Positions 24,110 through 32,973 of a stretch of DNA of 39,561 nt are shown here, one piece after another. Both the position numbers and the translations under genes were made by a program. The DNA is taken from positions 1 through 39,561 of IMG/VR virus record IMGVR_UViG_3300030106_004706; one strand, 5' to 3'. This DNA is from a virus (taxonomy: Duplodnaviria > Caudoviricetes). The notes below the pieces were generated by a model. The model had not been told where the DNA came from. It did not search any database and saw only the letters and a program-made list of their open reading frames with translations. The first letter of the stretch is position 1. Each line of letters opens with the position of its first letter.

Positions 24110-26390
24110 ACTCTTCCTCCTCTGCGTTTTCTAGTTGAGCGATTAGATTCTCAAGACTTTCTTTATCGGTTTCGTCAACCTCGTCAGTCTTGAAGTCGTA
24201 TGTGTTCTGATAATAAGAAGTCTTCCAACCGTATTTGTATGTAGTCAGAAGGTCCTGTGCCATCACTGAAATTGGAACTTCATTATCTGGATACTGAAGT
24301 GGATTATAACTCCAGTTGCCGCTGATTGCTTGGTCAAAGAACTTCTGCATTACAGCAACAATATTAATATAACCACGATTGGAGCCCATATCCCAGAGGA
24401 GCGTATAATTATTTTTAAGAGTTGCATATTGAGGAACAATCTGTTTGAGTGGTCCCTTTTTGCTCTTCTTAATGGACAAATATCCTCTAGGTGGTTCGAT
24501 TCCATTTGTTGCGTTTGACACAACGGAACTGCTCTCCGATGGCATTTGAGCAGACAATGTTGAGTTCCGTACTCCGTGCTTTTTGACCCGAAGTCTAAGA
24601 TCCTCCCAATCATAGTGAAGATCATTCGGAACTATTTCATCCACATCATGTTTATATGTATCAATCGGAAGAATTCCATTCCCGTACTTTGTTCGGCCAC
24701 TATACTCACATGCACCTTTCTCTTCGGCAAGGTCCACTGTAGCAGAAATCAAGTAATATTGGAAGGTTTCAGTGAGATTATGAACCAGTTGCCATGCTTC
24801 AGGATCGTTGTAATCGTGCCCGTTCTTGGCAAGATAGTGTGCCAGACCAATAAATCCAATTCCAAGCGATCTACGTGCCTTTGTGGCAATCTCAGCAGCG
24901 TTGATGGGATAGTTCTGGAAGTCAATCAATTCGTCCAAAGAACGGACAGCAAGATCACAGAGAACTTTCAGATCATCAAGGTCACGAATCTTACCAACAT
25001 TGACAGCACTCAGAATACAAAGAGCAATCTCACCGTTTGGATCATCAATATGTTCAAGAGGTTTGGTAGGCAGAGTGATCTCCTGACAGAGATTACTCAT
25101 TTCAACCTTATCCAAGAACGATGAGTGAGAGTTGCAGTGGTCAATGTTCATAATGTAGAGACGACCAGTCTCAGCACGTTCCTTCAGGATGTCAAGGAAG
25201 AGTTCCTGAGCGCCGATAGTTTTGCGCGGAACAGATCCATCAGATTCATAACTTGTATAGAGATCATCAAACGATTCAGTGCCAAAAGCATCATACAAAC
25301 CTGGCACATCGTGAGGGCTGAAGAGACTGATTTCTTCATTCTTGATAAAACGTTCGTAGAACAGTTTAGAGATCTGGATGCTGTAGTCCAACTTTCGGAC
25401 ACGGTTATCTTCTGTCCCTTTATTGTTTTTAAGTACAATGATATCCTCTATTTCTTGGTGCCAAATGGGAAAATGGACTGTCGCGCTTCCACCTCTGATG
25501 CCGTTTTGAGTACAGCATCTGACAGTTGCCTCAAACTTTTTGAGAAATGGGACGACGCCTGTGTGTTGTACTTCTCCGCCTCTGATTTTAGCGTTGATGC
25601 CACGGATGCGACCCGCGTTGATGCCGATTCCCGCCCTTTGTGCAACGTATCTGCCAATAGCCATATCGCTAGTAAAGATACTATCGAGGGAGTCATCAAC
25701 ATCAACAAGAACACAGCTAGCGTATTGTCGAAGTGGAGTTCGCACTCCTGCCATGATAGGTGTGGGAATGTTGATTTTGTGTCTGGAGATTGCGTCATAG
25801 TACTTCTTTACGTAATCGAGACGTGTAGATTTTGGATACTTAGAAAATATAGTTGCAGCAATCAAAAGATACATGAACTGAGGGGTCTCATACTGTGCCC
25901 CAGTGCTGCGATCTTGAACCAGATACTTGTCAACTACCTGGCGCAGACCAGCGTAGGTGAAAAGCATATCACGATCATGATCAATGAAAGACTCAAATTT
26001 CTCAAACTCTTCATCAGAGTAGAGATTAAGAATTTCAGGATCATAAACACCCTTCTCCACACAACGCTCTACGTGCGCCTTGATGGTGGGGAACTCGTGC
26101 ATACGACCATACAGTTGCTTGCGGAGCGCAAACAGCAGCAGACGCGCTGCTACGAACTGATAGTTGGGATGGTCAAGGTCAATCAGATCACTGGCGGAGC
26201 GGATAAGAATCTCTTGGATCTCATCCGTGGTGATGCCATCATAAAACTGAATGCCAGATTGAATCTCAACCTGAGAGGCAGAGACACCTGCCAGGTCTTT
26301 ACATGCTTGCTCCACCATGACGTGGAGTTTGTTCAAATCAAGAGGTTCCGTGTTGCCGTTTCTCTTTACAACTTTGGTGCCGTTGCTCAT
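24090..26390 (-). CDS. nrdA: Ribonucleotide reductase class Ia alpha subunit
   Basis: ATP cone VVKRNG, PTPIMAG, SCVL, SNLCQEI, MPSESSS and C-terminal CESCKI. Confidence 0.97.
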   Translation of the reverse strand: MSNGTKVVKRNGNTEPLDLNKLHVMVEQACKDLAGVSASQVEIQSGIQFYDGITTDEIQEILIRSASDLIDLDHPNYQFVAARLLLFALRKQLYGRMHEFPTIKAHVERCVEKGVYDPEILNLYSDEEFEKFESFIDHDRDMLFTYAGLRQVVDKYLVQDRSTGAQYETPQFMYLLIAATIFSKYPKSTRLDYVKKYYDAISRHKINIPTPIMAGVRTPLRQYASCVLVDVDDSLDSIFTSDMAIGRYVAQRAGIGINAGRIRGINAKIRGGEVQHTGVVPFLKKFEATVRCCTQNGIRGGSATVHFPIWHQEIEDIIVLKNNKGTEDNRVRKLDYSIQISKLFYERFIKNEEISLFSPHDVPGLYDAFGTESFDDLYTSYESDGSVPRKTIGAQELFLDILKERAETGRLYIMNIDHCNSHSSFLDKVEMSNLCQEITLPTKPLEHIDDPNGEIALCILSAVNVGKIRDLDDLKVLCDLAVRSLDELIDFQNYPINAAEIATKARRSLGIGFIGLAHYLAKNGHDYNDPEAWQLVHNLTETFQYYLISATVDLAEEKGACEYSGRTKYGNGILPIDTYKHDVDEIVPNDLHYDWEDLRLRVKKHGVRNSTLSAQMPSESSSVVSNATNGIEPPRGYLSIKKSKKGPLKQIVPQYATLKNNYTLLWDMGSNRGYINIVAVMQKFFDQAISGNWSYNPLQYPDNEVPISVMAQDLLTTYKYGWKTSYYQNTYDFKTDEVDETDKESLENLIAQLENAEEEECESCKI

Positions 26391-27358
26391 ACTTTTTTCC
26401 AACTGTTAAATTTAACTTTTGCTTCTAAACCAGAATATGTATTTAATTTTATCATAGACATAACGTCATGTCCAGAGAGAACCATGTCGTTAATATCTTT
26501 CTCTTCTATCCCGCTTGGCCAGATGACGACTTTCTCACCTCTGTCAATACATTTCCCAATTCTATTGACAATTTCTCTATTGCGGGGCTCGTTATCATAA
26601 ACAAGAATCGTGTCGCTTCCCTTAAAATAACCCAAGTCACCGTCACTACCACACAGAGCCACACTATTGTTGACGAAAGTGCTGTCAAAGGGTCCTTCAA
26701 CCACATAGATTGGTAAGTCCTCATTGATCGTATCAAGTCCATAAATCTTCGGCGCTTCGTCCTCTAACATCACGGTGATATATTTAACAGAGTTAGAAAT
26801 TAGACTTCTACCCTGAAAACCGATGAGGTCCTTGTCTTGATTATACATTGGTATAATAATACGCGGTTCATCCCTACCGATGGTGTCAAAGGTCTGTTTT
26901 TTGGTATTTGTCCACCGTTTGAAACTGTCAGTGAAATAAAACTTTTCTGGATTTAGTTTACGTTTCTCCAAATATCTTTTAGCGTCAGGATCTTCAGATG
27001 CTTTGGGCAAATCTAACTTTGATTTGAATACTGGTTTCTTAAAAGTGAACGTAGGTTCTTCAGCAACAAAGTTTCTACCAGTGTGTCCTTCCTTGAACTT
27101 CTCAAGCGTATACTGCTTGTGAAGTGTAGTATCCATCGTCTTCAAAAAATTATTCAACGACATACTAGCACCACAATTATGGCACTTGAAGTTGCTGTTA
27201 TTCTTGACCTGGTAGATATATCCCCGTGCCTTGTTTTTGTGCTTTTGAGAGTCGCCACAGATAGGACAACGAAAGTTGTAGAGGTGACTCTTGACCCTCT
27301 TGAACTTCTGTAGACGTGACGAAACTAATCCAATATACTTGGAATCAATCAGATCCAT
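26387..27358 (-). CDS. gp61: DNA primase (T4 gp61)
   Basis: Zn finger FRCPICGDS...CHNCG, FQGR, and Toprim motifs VVEGPFDS, YDNEPRN and KDINDM. Confidence 0.95.
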   Translation of the reverse strand: MDLIDSKYIGLVSSRLQKFKRVKSHLYNFRCPICGDSQKHKNKARGYIYQVKNNSNFKCHNCGASMSLNNFLKTMDTTLHKQYTLEKFKEGHTGRNFVAEEPTFTFKKPVFKSKLDLPKASEDPDAKRYLEKRKLNPEKFYFTDSFKRWTNTKKQTFDTIGRDEPRIIIPMYNQDKDLIGFQGRSLISNSVKYITVMLEDEAPKIYGLDTINEDLPIYVVEGPFDSTFVNNSVALCGSDGDLGYFKGSDTILVYDNEPRNREIVNRIGKCIDRGEKVVIWPSGIEEKDINDMVLSGHDVMSMIKLNTYSGLEAKVKFNSWKKV

Positions 27359-27367
27359 TACAACAGG

Positions 27368-27781
27368 TCACTTCTGTCCCTGTATTATAACCTGCTGTGG
27401 TTCGGGAGTCAAGAAAATAGGTGCCAATCTACTACCTGCACCAATTAAGAGTGCTCCAACTACGAGCACACCACCTATCTGCCATCTAAACTTAGAGAAT
27501 GACTTTATATCTTCTTGTATCTTATCAATCCTACCATGAATGATTTGTGTGTTCTTATCACTATTAACCTTCATCTCATCAATCATCTTGATGATGAGTT
27601 CGTCACTCTTGATACTTTGCTCAATCCTTTCATCATGCTTCGCCAGGATTTGAGCGATTCTTGCGTTTCCTTCTGATATCTTATCAACAGCAGTTTCTAA
27701 CTTCGCCAGCATCTCTCTGGAAAGTTCCTCGTAGATATCTAACTTTGTTTCTAGCTGAGCAACTTTTGAATCTGAAAACAT
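27368..27781 (-). CDS. Coiled-coil protein with a C-terminal TM helix
   Basis: Heptad repeats followed by KFRWQIGGVLVVGALLIG. Confidence 0.75.
   Translation of the reverse strand: MFSDSKVAQLETKLDIYEELSREMLAKLETAVDKISEGNARIAQILAKHDERIEQSIKSDELIIKMIDEMKVNSDKNTQIIHGRIDKIQEDIKSFSKFRWQIGGVLVVGALLIGAGSRLAPIFLTPEPQQVIIQGQK
27384..27412 (-). promoter_or_regulatory. Sigma70-type promoter for primase-nrdAB, embedded in the upstream CDS
   Basis: TTGACT-17 bp-TATAAT. Confidence 0.8.
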
Positions 27782-27782
27782 T

Positions 27783-27992
27783 TTACATCCAGGTCTTTCT
27801 ACCAGGTCCCTTTAGATATTTTTTACCTTTGTTCCAAGGTTTCTTTCTTACAGGAGGATCATCGCCTGCTTCAACAGTTCCAGCAATCTTACCATCACCA
27901 ACATTATTAGTTGGAGCACCGGCAGCACCAGCACCCATCATTTCATCCAGTTTATGACGCCTGACGGTCTCAATAATTCTATCAATTTTCAT
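27783..27992 (-). CDS. Small hypothetical protein
   Basis: LDE|MMGAG..APTNNVGDGKIAG...DPPVRKK. Confidence 0.7.
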   Translation of the reverse strand: MKIDRIIETVRRHKLDEMMGAGAAGAPTNNVGDGKIAGTVEAGDDPPVRKKPWNKGKKYLKGPGRKTWM

Positions 27993-28360
27993 AGATTTTT
28001 GAGTTCTGCTAAACAGTTGTAATCCGGTTCTATGTCACTAATTGATGTTTTTGGGTATTCAGGCAACCTATTCAAGAACATAAGAAAACTCTTGATAGAT
28101 GGCCAGAGGTCCTCATCCAAATTGTAAAACAACAAGGGGACCGCTGCATCATTAAACACATTGAATAATATAATAAGGTGATTGAGAATAAGGTGAACTT
28201 TGAGTTCACCATTATTCTTATATCTCTTCAACAAACGCTTGACATATCTGATACGCTTCAAATCCGACTCAAAGTCGTCTCGTGTAACTGACTGTGGGTT
28301 ATCGTAGAATTTTATAGCAAAGAGCAAATAATTACTCTCATTCAATTCATCAAATCTCAT
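27989..28360 (-). CDS. Conserved T4-like phage hypothetical protein
   Basis: FAIKFYDNPQ...DLKRIRYVKRLL...HLILNHLIILFNVF. Confidence 0.8.
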   Translation of the reverse strand: MRFDELNESNYLLFAIKFYDNPQSVTRDDFESDLKRIRYVKRLLKRYKNNGELKVHLILNHLIILFNVFNDAAVPLLFYNLDEDLWPSIKSFLMFLNRLPEYPKTSISDIEPDYNCLAELKNL

Positions 28361-28376
28361 ATATTAACCCATGTTA

Positions 28377-28940
28377 TCAGCTATCGGGATAGATGGCATC
28401 CTCAGCGTCTCTACCGCCAGCAGCATCAGTAATTTCGCTCATGGCAACTAAAGTCTCAGTCTTAACTCTGAGAGTACCGTGAGTATCAACATATGTAGTA
28501 ACTCCAACCCAACCAGCGTGAGGGGCAGCATACTTAGAACCAGTTGCCGCTCTAGCGACACCTTGCTCAGTTGTATCTACACCGAATACACCAGAGAATC
28601 TGTTTGACTTAACGTCAGGTGCACCATATTGATTATCAGTGATAGCACTGATTGGAGATCTGGTGATGAAGTAGGAAGTTCCACCAACAACGTTAGCAGT
28701 AGCACCATCTTTGATGATGTTGTCTACATGTGCCAGAGTCAGAGATGTATTGCTTGCAACGGATTGAACAATTGCTCTACCGTAAGTAGCGCCAGCACCG
28801 ACTACAATCACATCGCCTTGCTCTGCGGCATAACCACTAGTAGAGAAGGTTGTACCAGAACCAGTAACGACACCAGTGCTTAAGTTAATGGCGACCGTGC
28901 CTTTGTTTCCAACAAGATCTTCTTTGCCCCAAAGAGCCAT
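28377..28940 (-). CDS. Probable virion structural protein
   Basis: MALWG start, beta-rich, HAGWV...RVKTETLVAM. TATAAATA lies upstream. Confidence 0.7.
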   Translation of the reverse strand: MALWGKEDLVGNKGTVAINLSTGVVTGSGTTFSTSGYAAEQGDVIVVGAGATYGRAIVQSVASNTSLTLAHVDNIIKDGATANVVGGTSYFITRSPISAITDNQYGAPDVKSNRFSGVFGVDTTEQGVARAATGSKYAAPHAGWVGVTTYVDTHGTLRVKTETLVAMSEITDAAGGRDAEDAIYPDS

Positions 28941-28970
28941 GTTTCCTTACCTATGTAATTCGTATATTGA

Positions 28971-28978
28971 TATTTATA
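28971..28978 (-). promoter_or_regulatory. T4-type late promoter
   Basis: TATAAATA. Confidence 0.75.
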
Positions 28979-28981
28979 AAA

Positions 28982-29185
28982 TTATTCAGCTTCTCTTGCT
29001 GCGATTGCCTTAGTGACAACCTCAAGAAGTTGATCGTCCATATCAGTCTTGGTCAGCTTAACCGCTTTACCCAAGATAACAAGACAGATCTCAACCATCT
29101 TCTCACCGAGTTCTTCGTTTTCAGGAATCTTTGCGACAGCATCTTTGATGATTTTTGCTGCGAGCGGAAGGAGAAATGCTAACAT
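28982..29185 (-). CDS. Small helical hypothetical protein
   Basis: ILGKAVKLTKTDMDDQLLEVV. Confidence 0.75.
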   Translation of the reverse strand: MLAFLLPLAAKIIKDAVAKIPENEELGEKMVEICLVILGKAVKLTKTDMDDQLLEVVTKAIAAREAE

Positions 29186-29225
29186 TGCCTTAGAGCATAC
29201 GTTACTCTATATAGCAAGTTAACTA

Positions 29226-31403
29226 TTATTTCACATTCTTTTCAATCTTTTTATCTTGATCCGCTTTTGTTACAGTGCCTCTTGGAGTTCTGTTGATTTT
29301 TACACCCATTTTTTCCAAACCGCTTTGAGCTGCTTTGGTTACTTTGTCAACTGTGTCTTGTAGACCTTCATCAACTTTTTGAGTCTCTACAATCTGCTTG
29401 AAAGTATCTGCCATAGACAGTTGCTTTCCTTCAGTTTTTACTTTGGGAGCAGCGTCTTTTTTAGGCATAGCATTAGGTCTTGGCATATCTGTAGGATTAT
29501 TACGACCCAAATTATCTGGTTCTGTACCGTAAGGTTTCAGACCAAACTGTGCCATAAATGCAGCATGACCGCCATTTCCTTTTGCATCTTTGAAGGGAGA
29601 AATACTTTCAATATCTTTAATGCCAAGAGACATTCTCAGTTTTGCGTCCTGAGAAAGCATAGGATAAGGATCCTTTCCAGCATCAACACGGGAAATTCTT
29701 TCTCTACTTGTCATTCCGCCACTACCAGCACCAGAAGGTCCGGAGGATTTAGTTTGTCCGCCACTTGAAGGTTTTGTTGTGTCAGATGCAGGTTCACTAC
29801 GTTTTGTGGTAGTGTTCAAACGTGTTTTTGGTTTCGCATCATCAGGAATCGTATAACCACCAGTGGTGTCATCCTTAGATTTAGGTTTTTCTGTAGGTTT
29901 TGTTGTTTCCTTTTTAGATTCTAACTTTTTTTCTGCTGCATCTTTATCAGCAGTATCCTTCTCTTTAACTCCGGCGTTTTCTACAATTTTCTTAATGGTA
30001 TCTGTCATTGACAGTTGCTTTTCTTCACAAGGGGTCTCTTCCTTATCTTTATCAGGATTGCCAGAATTTACCATCTTGGCAAGGTCTTCCTTTGCCTTCT
30101 TATAGGTTCCTTCAGGATCCATGGCGATAGGACGCTTGGCACCAGTCTTTGCTCTAACGAGGTTTCTGGCAACGTTCATGAAAGCATATCTTTCACGTCT
30201 ATCCTCTTCTTCCTCAGTGAGTTGCTCACCTTCCATCTCTTGACTCATCATCAGAGGTGCTTTACCGACCTGAGGATTAGTGCCATCCTGTGGCATTACA
30301 GTTACTTGCTGAAGTTTCTTAGCAACTTTATCAGGAAGAACATCAATCTCTCTGGCATTCTGACCTTCGGTGCTGGTGGTTCCAGTGGCACCATCAGTGA
30401 TAAACTCTTCGGGAATGGGTGCTGCCATCATTCTTTTTTCTCTAGCAGCTTCAACTTGTCTCCTTTTTACGTTAGAAGGCAATTCCTTTAGACGTTGCTG
30501 TAAAGGTTTGTCAGCTTCAATTGCTGACTTAGACCTGTAGATACCAGGAGCGGTATTCACCATATTGGGATCATTTTCATAATCCACACCCGCTTTTTTT
30601 CTCAGATCTTTAATTTGATCAATAACAGATTGTTCAGAGACATTCTTTTTACCTTTCTTCTTAGCAATTGCCTTACCAACTGCCTTACGACGGTTCATCA
30701 GATAGTCGTCGGTGTCATCCTCTTTACCATCATTATTGACATCACCATCTTCCTTACCAACGGGGTCAAGCTTTCCTTCCTTCACTTCCTTCTTCTGACC
30801 ACCACCCATGGCTGCGGCAGTCTGTTCACCTTTCTTCCTTTCGCCTTCGTATGCTTCACCGTGCTCGGTCATCTCAACTTTGAGACCCTTTGCTCTCAGT
30901 CTAGAAATCTTTTCACGAGTAGCAAATCTAACATAAGACTTCTCACTCTTAGGATCAAATACTCTTACCTTATACTTTCTCTCTGGTTCTTCAGCAAGTT
31001 CTTGCTCATAGACAAGTTCAATAGCAGGTTCTTCTTTCTTGATACCCTCAAAGAAAACTTTATGATACGCTTCAGCAAAATTCTTTTCTGCCCAGTCAAC
31101 ACTGGTAACCATATACTGCTCTGATACACCACCACCCTGCTTGCCAAACAGTTTCTCTCTGACGGCAGTCTTTTCCTGAGGACTCAGATTGCTATTTGCC
31201 ATATACTCAGAATATGCTTTTCTGAGATCAATATCTTCCCTTCTGGCACGATAGCGAATATCATAAACCGCCTGACGAATTCTCTTAGCAGAATTCTCTT
31301 GGGGTGTTCCACCTTTCGCGTCTCCCTTCTTAGCAGAAGATTTCGCTGCAACAGCAGGAGCATTCTTTCTTGCTGGAAGTTCCTCAGAAATATTAATAGT
31401 CAT
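29226..31403 (-). CDS. Large modular charged protein, probable protease-processed head/internal protein
   Basis: RQAVYDIRYRARRE domain, LDPVGKEDGDVNNDG EF-hand-like loop and repeated KQLSMxDTxKxIVE. Confidence 0.75.
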   Translation of the reverse strand: MTINISEELPARKNAPAVAAKSSAKKGDAKGGTPQENSAKRIRQAVYDIRYRARREDIDLRKAYSEYMANSNLSPQEKTAVREKLFGKQGGGVSEQYMVTSVDWAEKNFAEAYHKVFFEGIKKEEPAIELVYEQELAEEPERKYKVRVFDPKSEKSYVRFATREKISRLRAKGLKVEMTEHGEAYEGERKKGEQTAAAMGGGQKKEVKEGKLDPVGKEDGDVNNDGKEDDTDDYLMNRRKAVGKAIAKKKGKKNVSEQSVIDQIKDLRKKAGVDYENDPNMVNTAPGIYRSKSAIEADKPLQQRLKELPSNVKRRQVEAAREKRMMAAPIPEEFITDGATGTTSTEGQNAREIDVLPDKVAKKLQQVTVMPQDGTNPQVGKAPLMMSQEMEGEQLTEEEEDRRERYAFMNVARNLVRAKTGAKRPIAMDPEGTYKKAKEDLAKMVNSGNPDKDKEETPCEEKQLSMTDTIKKIVENAGVKEKDTADKDAAEKKLESKKETTKPTEKPKSKDDTTGGYTIPDDAKPKTRLNTTTKRSEPASDTTKPSSGGQTKSSGPSGAGSGGMTSRERISRVDAGKDPYPMLSQDAKLRMSLGIKDIESISPFKDAKGNGGHAAFMAQFGLKPYGTEPDNLGRNNPTDMPRPNAMPKKDAAPKVKTEGKQLSMADTFKQIVETQKVDEGLQDTVDKVTKAAQSGLEKMGVKINRTPRGTVTKADQDKKIEKNVK

Positions 31404-31415
31404 TGGAAGATGTTA

Positions 31416-31994
31416 CTAGCTTACTTTTTTCCTATATTTATTTATGAATTTGTATCCTGTAAGACGAGCGACATATTGGAGGTGAGCATCAGTGCCTACA
31501 AGTCTTTGGTCGGCAGGAACACCAGAAGGTCCAGGATAATTTACAACCTTCTCAAAAACATTTTTAATCCAGGGTTTGAACATCTCATCATCATCAGTAA
31601 CACAGATGAGATAGTTGGCACCACGACGCATGATTTCACCTTCCTGGTTACTCTCAATACATCTAATCATATCACCAACAGCAAAGATTTCTTCGTTGAT
31701 GTACTTCTCTCTCAACTCTCTTTCATATCCAGCAGTTCCAAAATCAAATGATGATTTGATAGGAGCGTATGTAGTATGAGAGAGTTTTTTCTCTCTATCA
31801 GTTTGAGGTCTATCTTGCTTCCCAACTTGCTGACCTTTATTGTAAAACTCTAAACTACCACCGACAGTTTTAGCAACAAACTCACCAGTTTTTCTATCGT
31901 ACCAACTTCCTCTGTTTTTGGCATTACCTCTTACAAGTCCCAGTCTTGCCGCCTGGAACTCGGCATTGTTCTTCAAAGCAGAAAAGGTTTTCAT
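31416..31994 (-). CDS. Homolog of the terminal domains of the cyanophage cytidylyltransferase-like protein, with no catalytic core
   Basis: QAARLGL..GSWYDRKTGEFVAKT N-domain joined to LREKYINEEIFAVGD...RRGANYLICVT...KPWI C-domain. No FGRFNPP/HxGH motif. Confidence 0.55.
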   Translation of the reverse strand: MKTFSALKNNAEFQAARLGLVRGNAKNRGSWYDRKTGEFVAKTVGGSLEFYNKGQQVGKQDRPQTDREKKLSHTTYAPIKSSFDFGTAGYERELREKYINEEIFAVGDMIRCIESNQEGEIMRRGANYLICVTDDDEMFKPWIKNVFEKVVNYPGPSGVPADQRLVGTDAHLQYVARLTGYKFINKYRKKVS

Positions 31995-32197
31995 TATTTC
32001 TTTAATTCTAAACTAATTACGTTCTTGTTAGTAGCAATATAACGTAGAACGTCGTCTCGTATCTTTATATATTTATCCTTTGACTTACCCTTACATCCAT
32101 GAGATTTTTTAGTCAACGTACCATAAACATAGGCAACGAAGTCTCTGTACTCCGTTCCCTTATAATCTTTGATAAGTTGACTTATATAATCGCTCAT
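31994..32197 (-). CDS. Small basic hypothetical protein
   Basis: Probable start MSDYISQ; ATAAATA lies upstream. Confidence 0.6.
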   Translation of the reverse strand: MSDYISQLIKDYKGTEYRDFVAYVYGTLTKKSHGCKGKSKDKYIKIRDDVLRYIATNKNVISLELKK

Positions 32198-32241
32198 AAA
32201 GTAAAGGGGTCTGAAATTCAAACCCCACGATCTTTTATTAT

Positions 32242-32481
32242 TTATCCACCAAGTTCAGCACATTCACCATCAATAAAGACAGTTCCTGGAGGGCAGTCAT
32301 TTTGACATTCAAATTCTTTTTTTTCAAGTTGTTCGTCAATATCTAAGATGACATTCCGAATATCAACAACACGTTCAGGAACTGACTTAGGATTGTATGT
32401 GTAAACCTTAGTGTCAGTGAATAGTGCTTGACGGACTACTGTCGCTTGGCGAGCATCCATCGTAATGGTAACTGTTTTCAT
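32242..32481 (-). CDS. Hypothetical protein (79 aa)
   Basis: ATGA overlap with mazG; C-terminal CQNDCPPGTVFIDGEC. Confidence 0.7.
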   Translation of the reverse strand: MKTVTITMDARQATVVRQALFTDTKVYTYNPKSVPERVVDIRNVILDIDEQLEKKEFECQNDCPPGTVFIDGECAELGG

Positions 32482-32888
32482 CGGTCACCAACCTCACGAT
32501 TTTCAGAATAGTACACGTCAAACTGACCACCTGGATAACGCTTCTCAAGTTTCTTCACGTTAGTGGCAACCACCTCATCAAAAGAAACTCCAAGTGCCAT
32601 GCACGCCTGAGCGGCATACCACATCAAATCTCCAAGTTCAATAATAAGGTGTTCTTTGTTGTCTTCGTTCCAGGGTTTACCTTGGAAGATCATCTTCTTA
32701 ATAATCTCAAGGAACTCACCACCTTCGGCATTGAGACCAACACCAGCAGTCAGAAGACGTTCAATATTTGCACCTTTCTCATCCAGTTCAACCAGACGGT
32801 CAGAAAGGGCAATGAAATCAGTAGAAGCATCGGATGTCACTGCATCCACAAACTTCTGATACCGTTCAAAATCAACATGCTTAGACAT
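32478..32888 (-). CDS. mazG: MazG-like nucleoside triphosphate pyrophosphohydrolase
   Basis: GLNAEGGEFLEIIKK, ELGDLMWY and NVKKLEKRYP. An alternative in-frame ATG lies at 32990. Confidence 0.92.
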   Translation of the reverse strand: MSKHVDFERYQKFVDAVTSDASTDFIALSDRLVELDEKGANIERLLTAGVGLNAEGGEFLEIIKKMIFQGKPWNEDNKEHLIIELGDLMWYAAQACMALGVSFDEVVATNVKKLEKRYPGGQFDVYYSENREVGDR

Positions 32889-32973
32889 AGTTTTTTTCTC
32901 TAATTGTTCGCGATAAAATTGTTGTGTCCACCCATCATTGTAAGGAGAGTTTGCTTGAACTTCCAGCATCAAA

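Noticed and set aside
25125-26600. 491-aa plus-strand ORF
   Set aside because: It is antisense to nrdA and primase, has no recognisable motifs, and is best explained as a shadow frame from codon bias.
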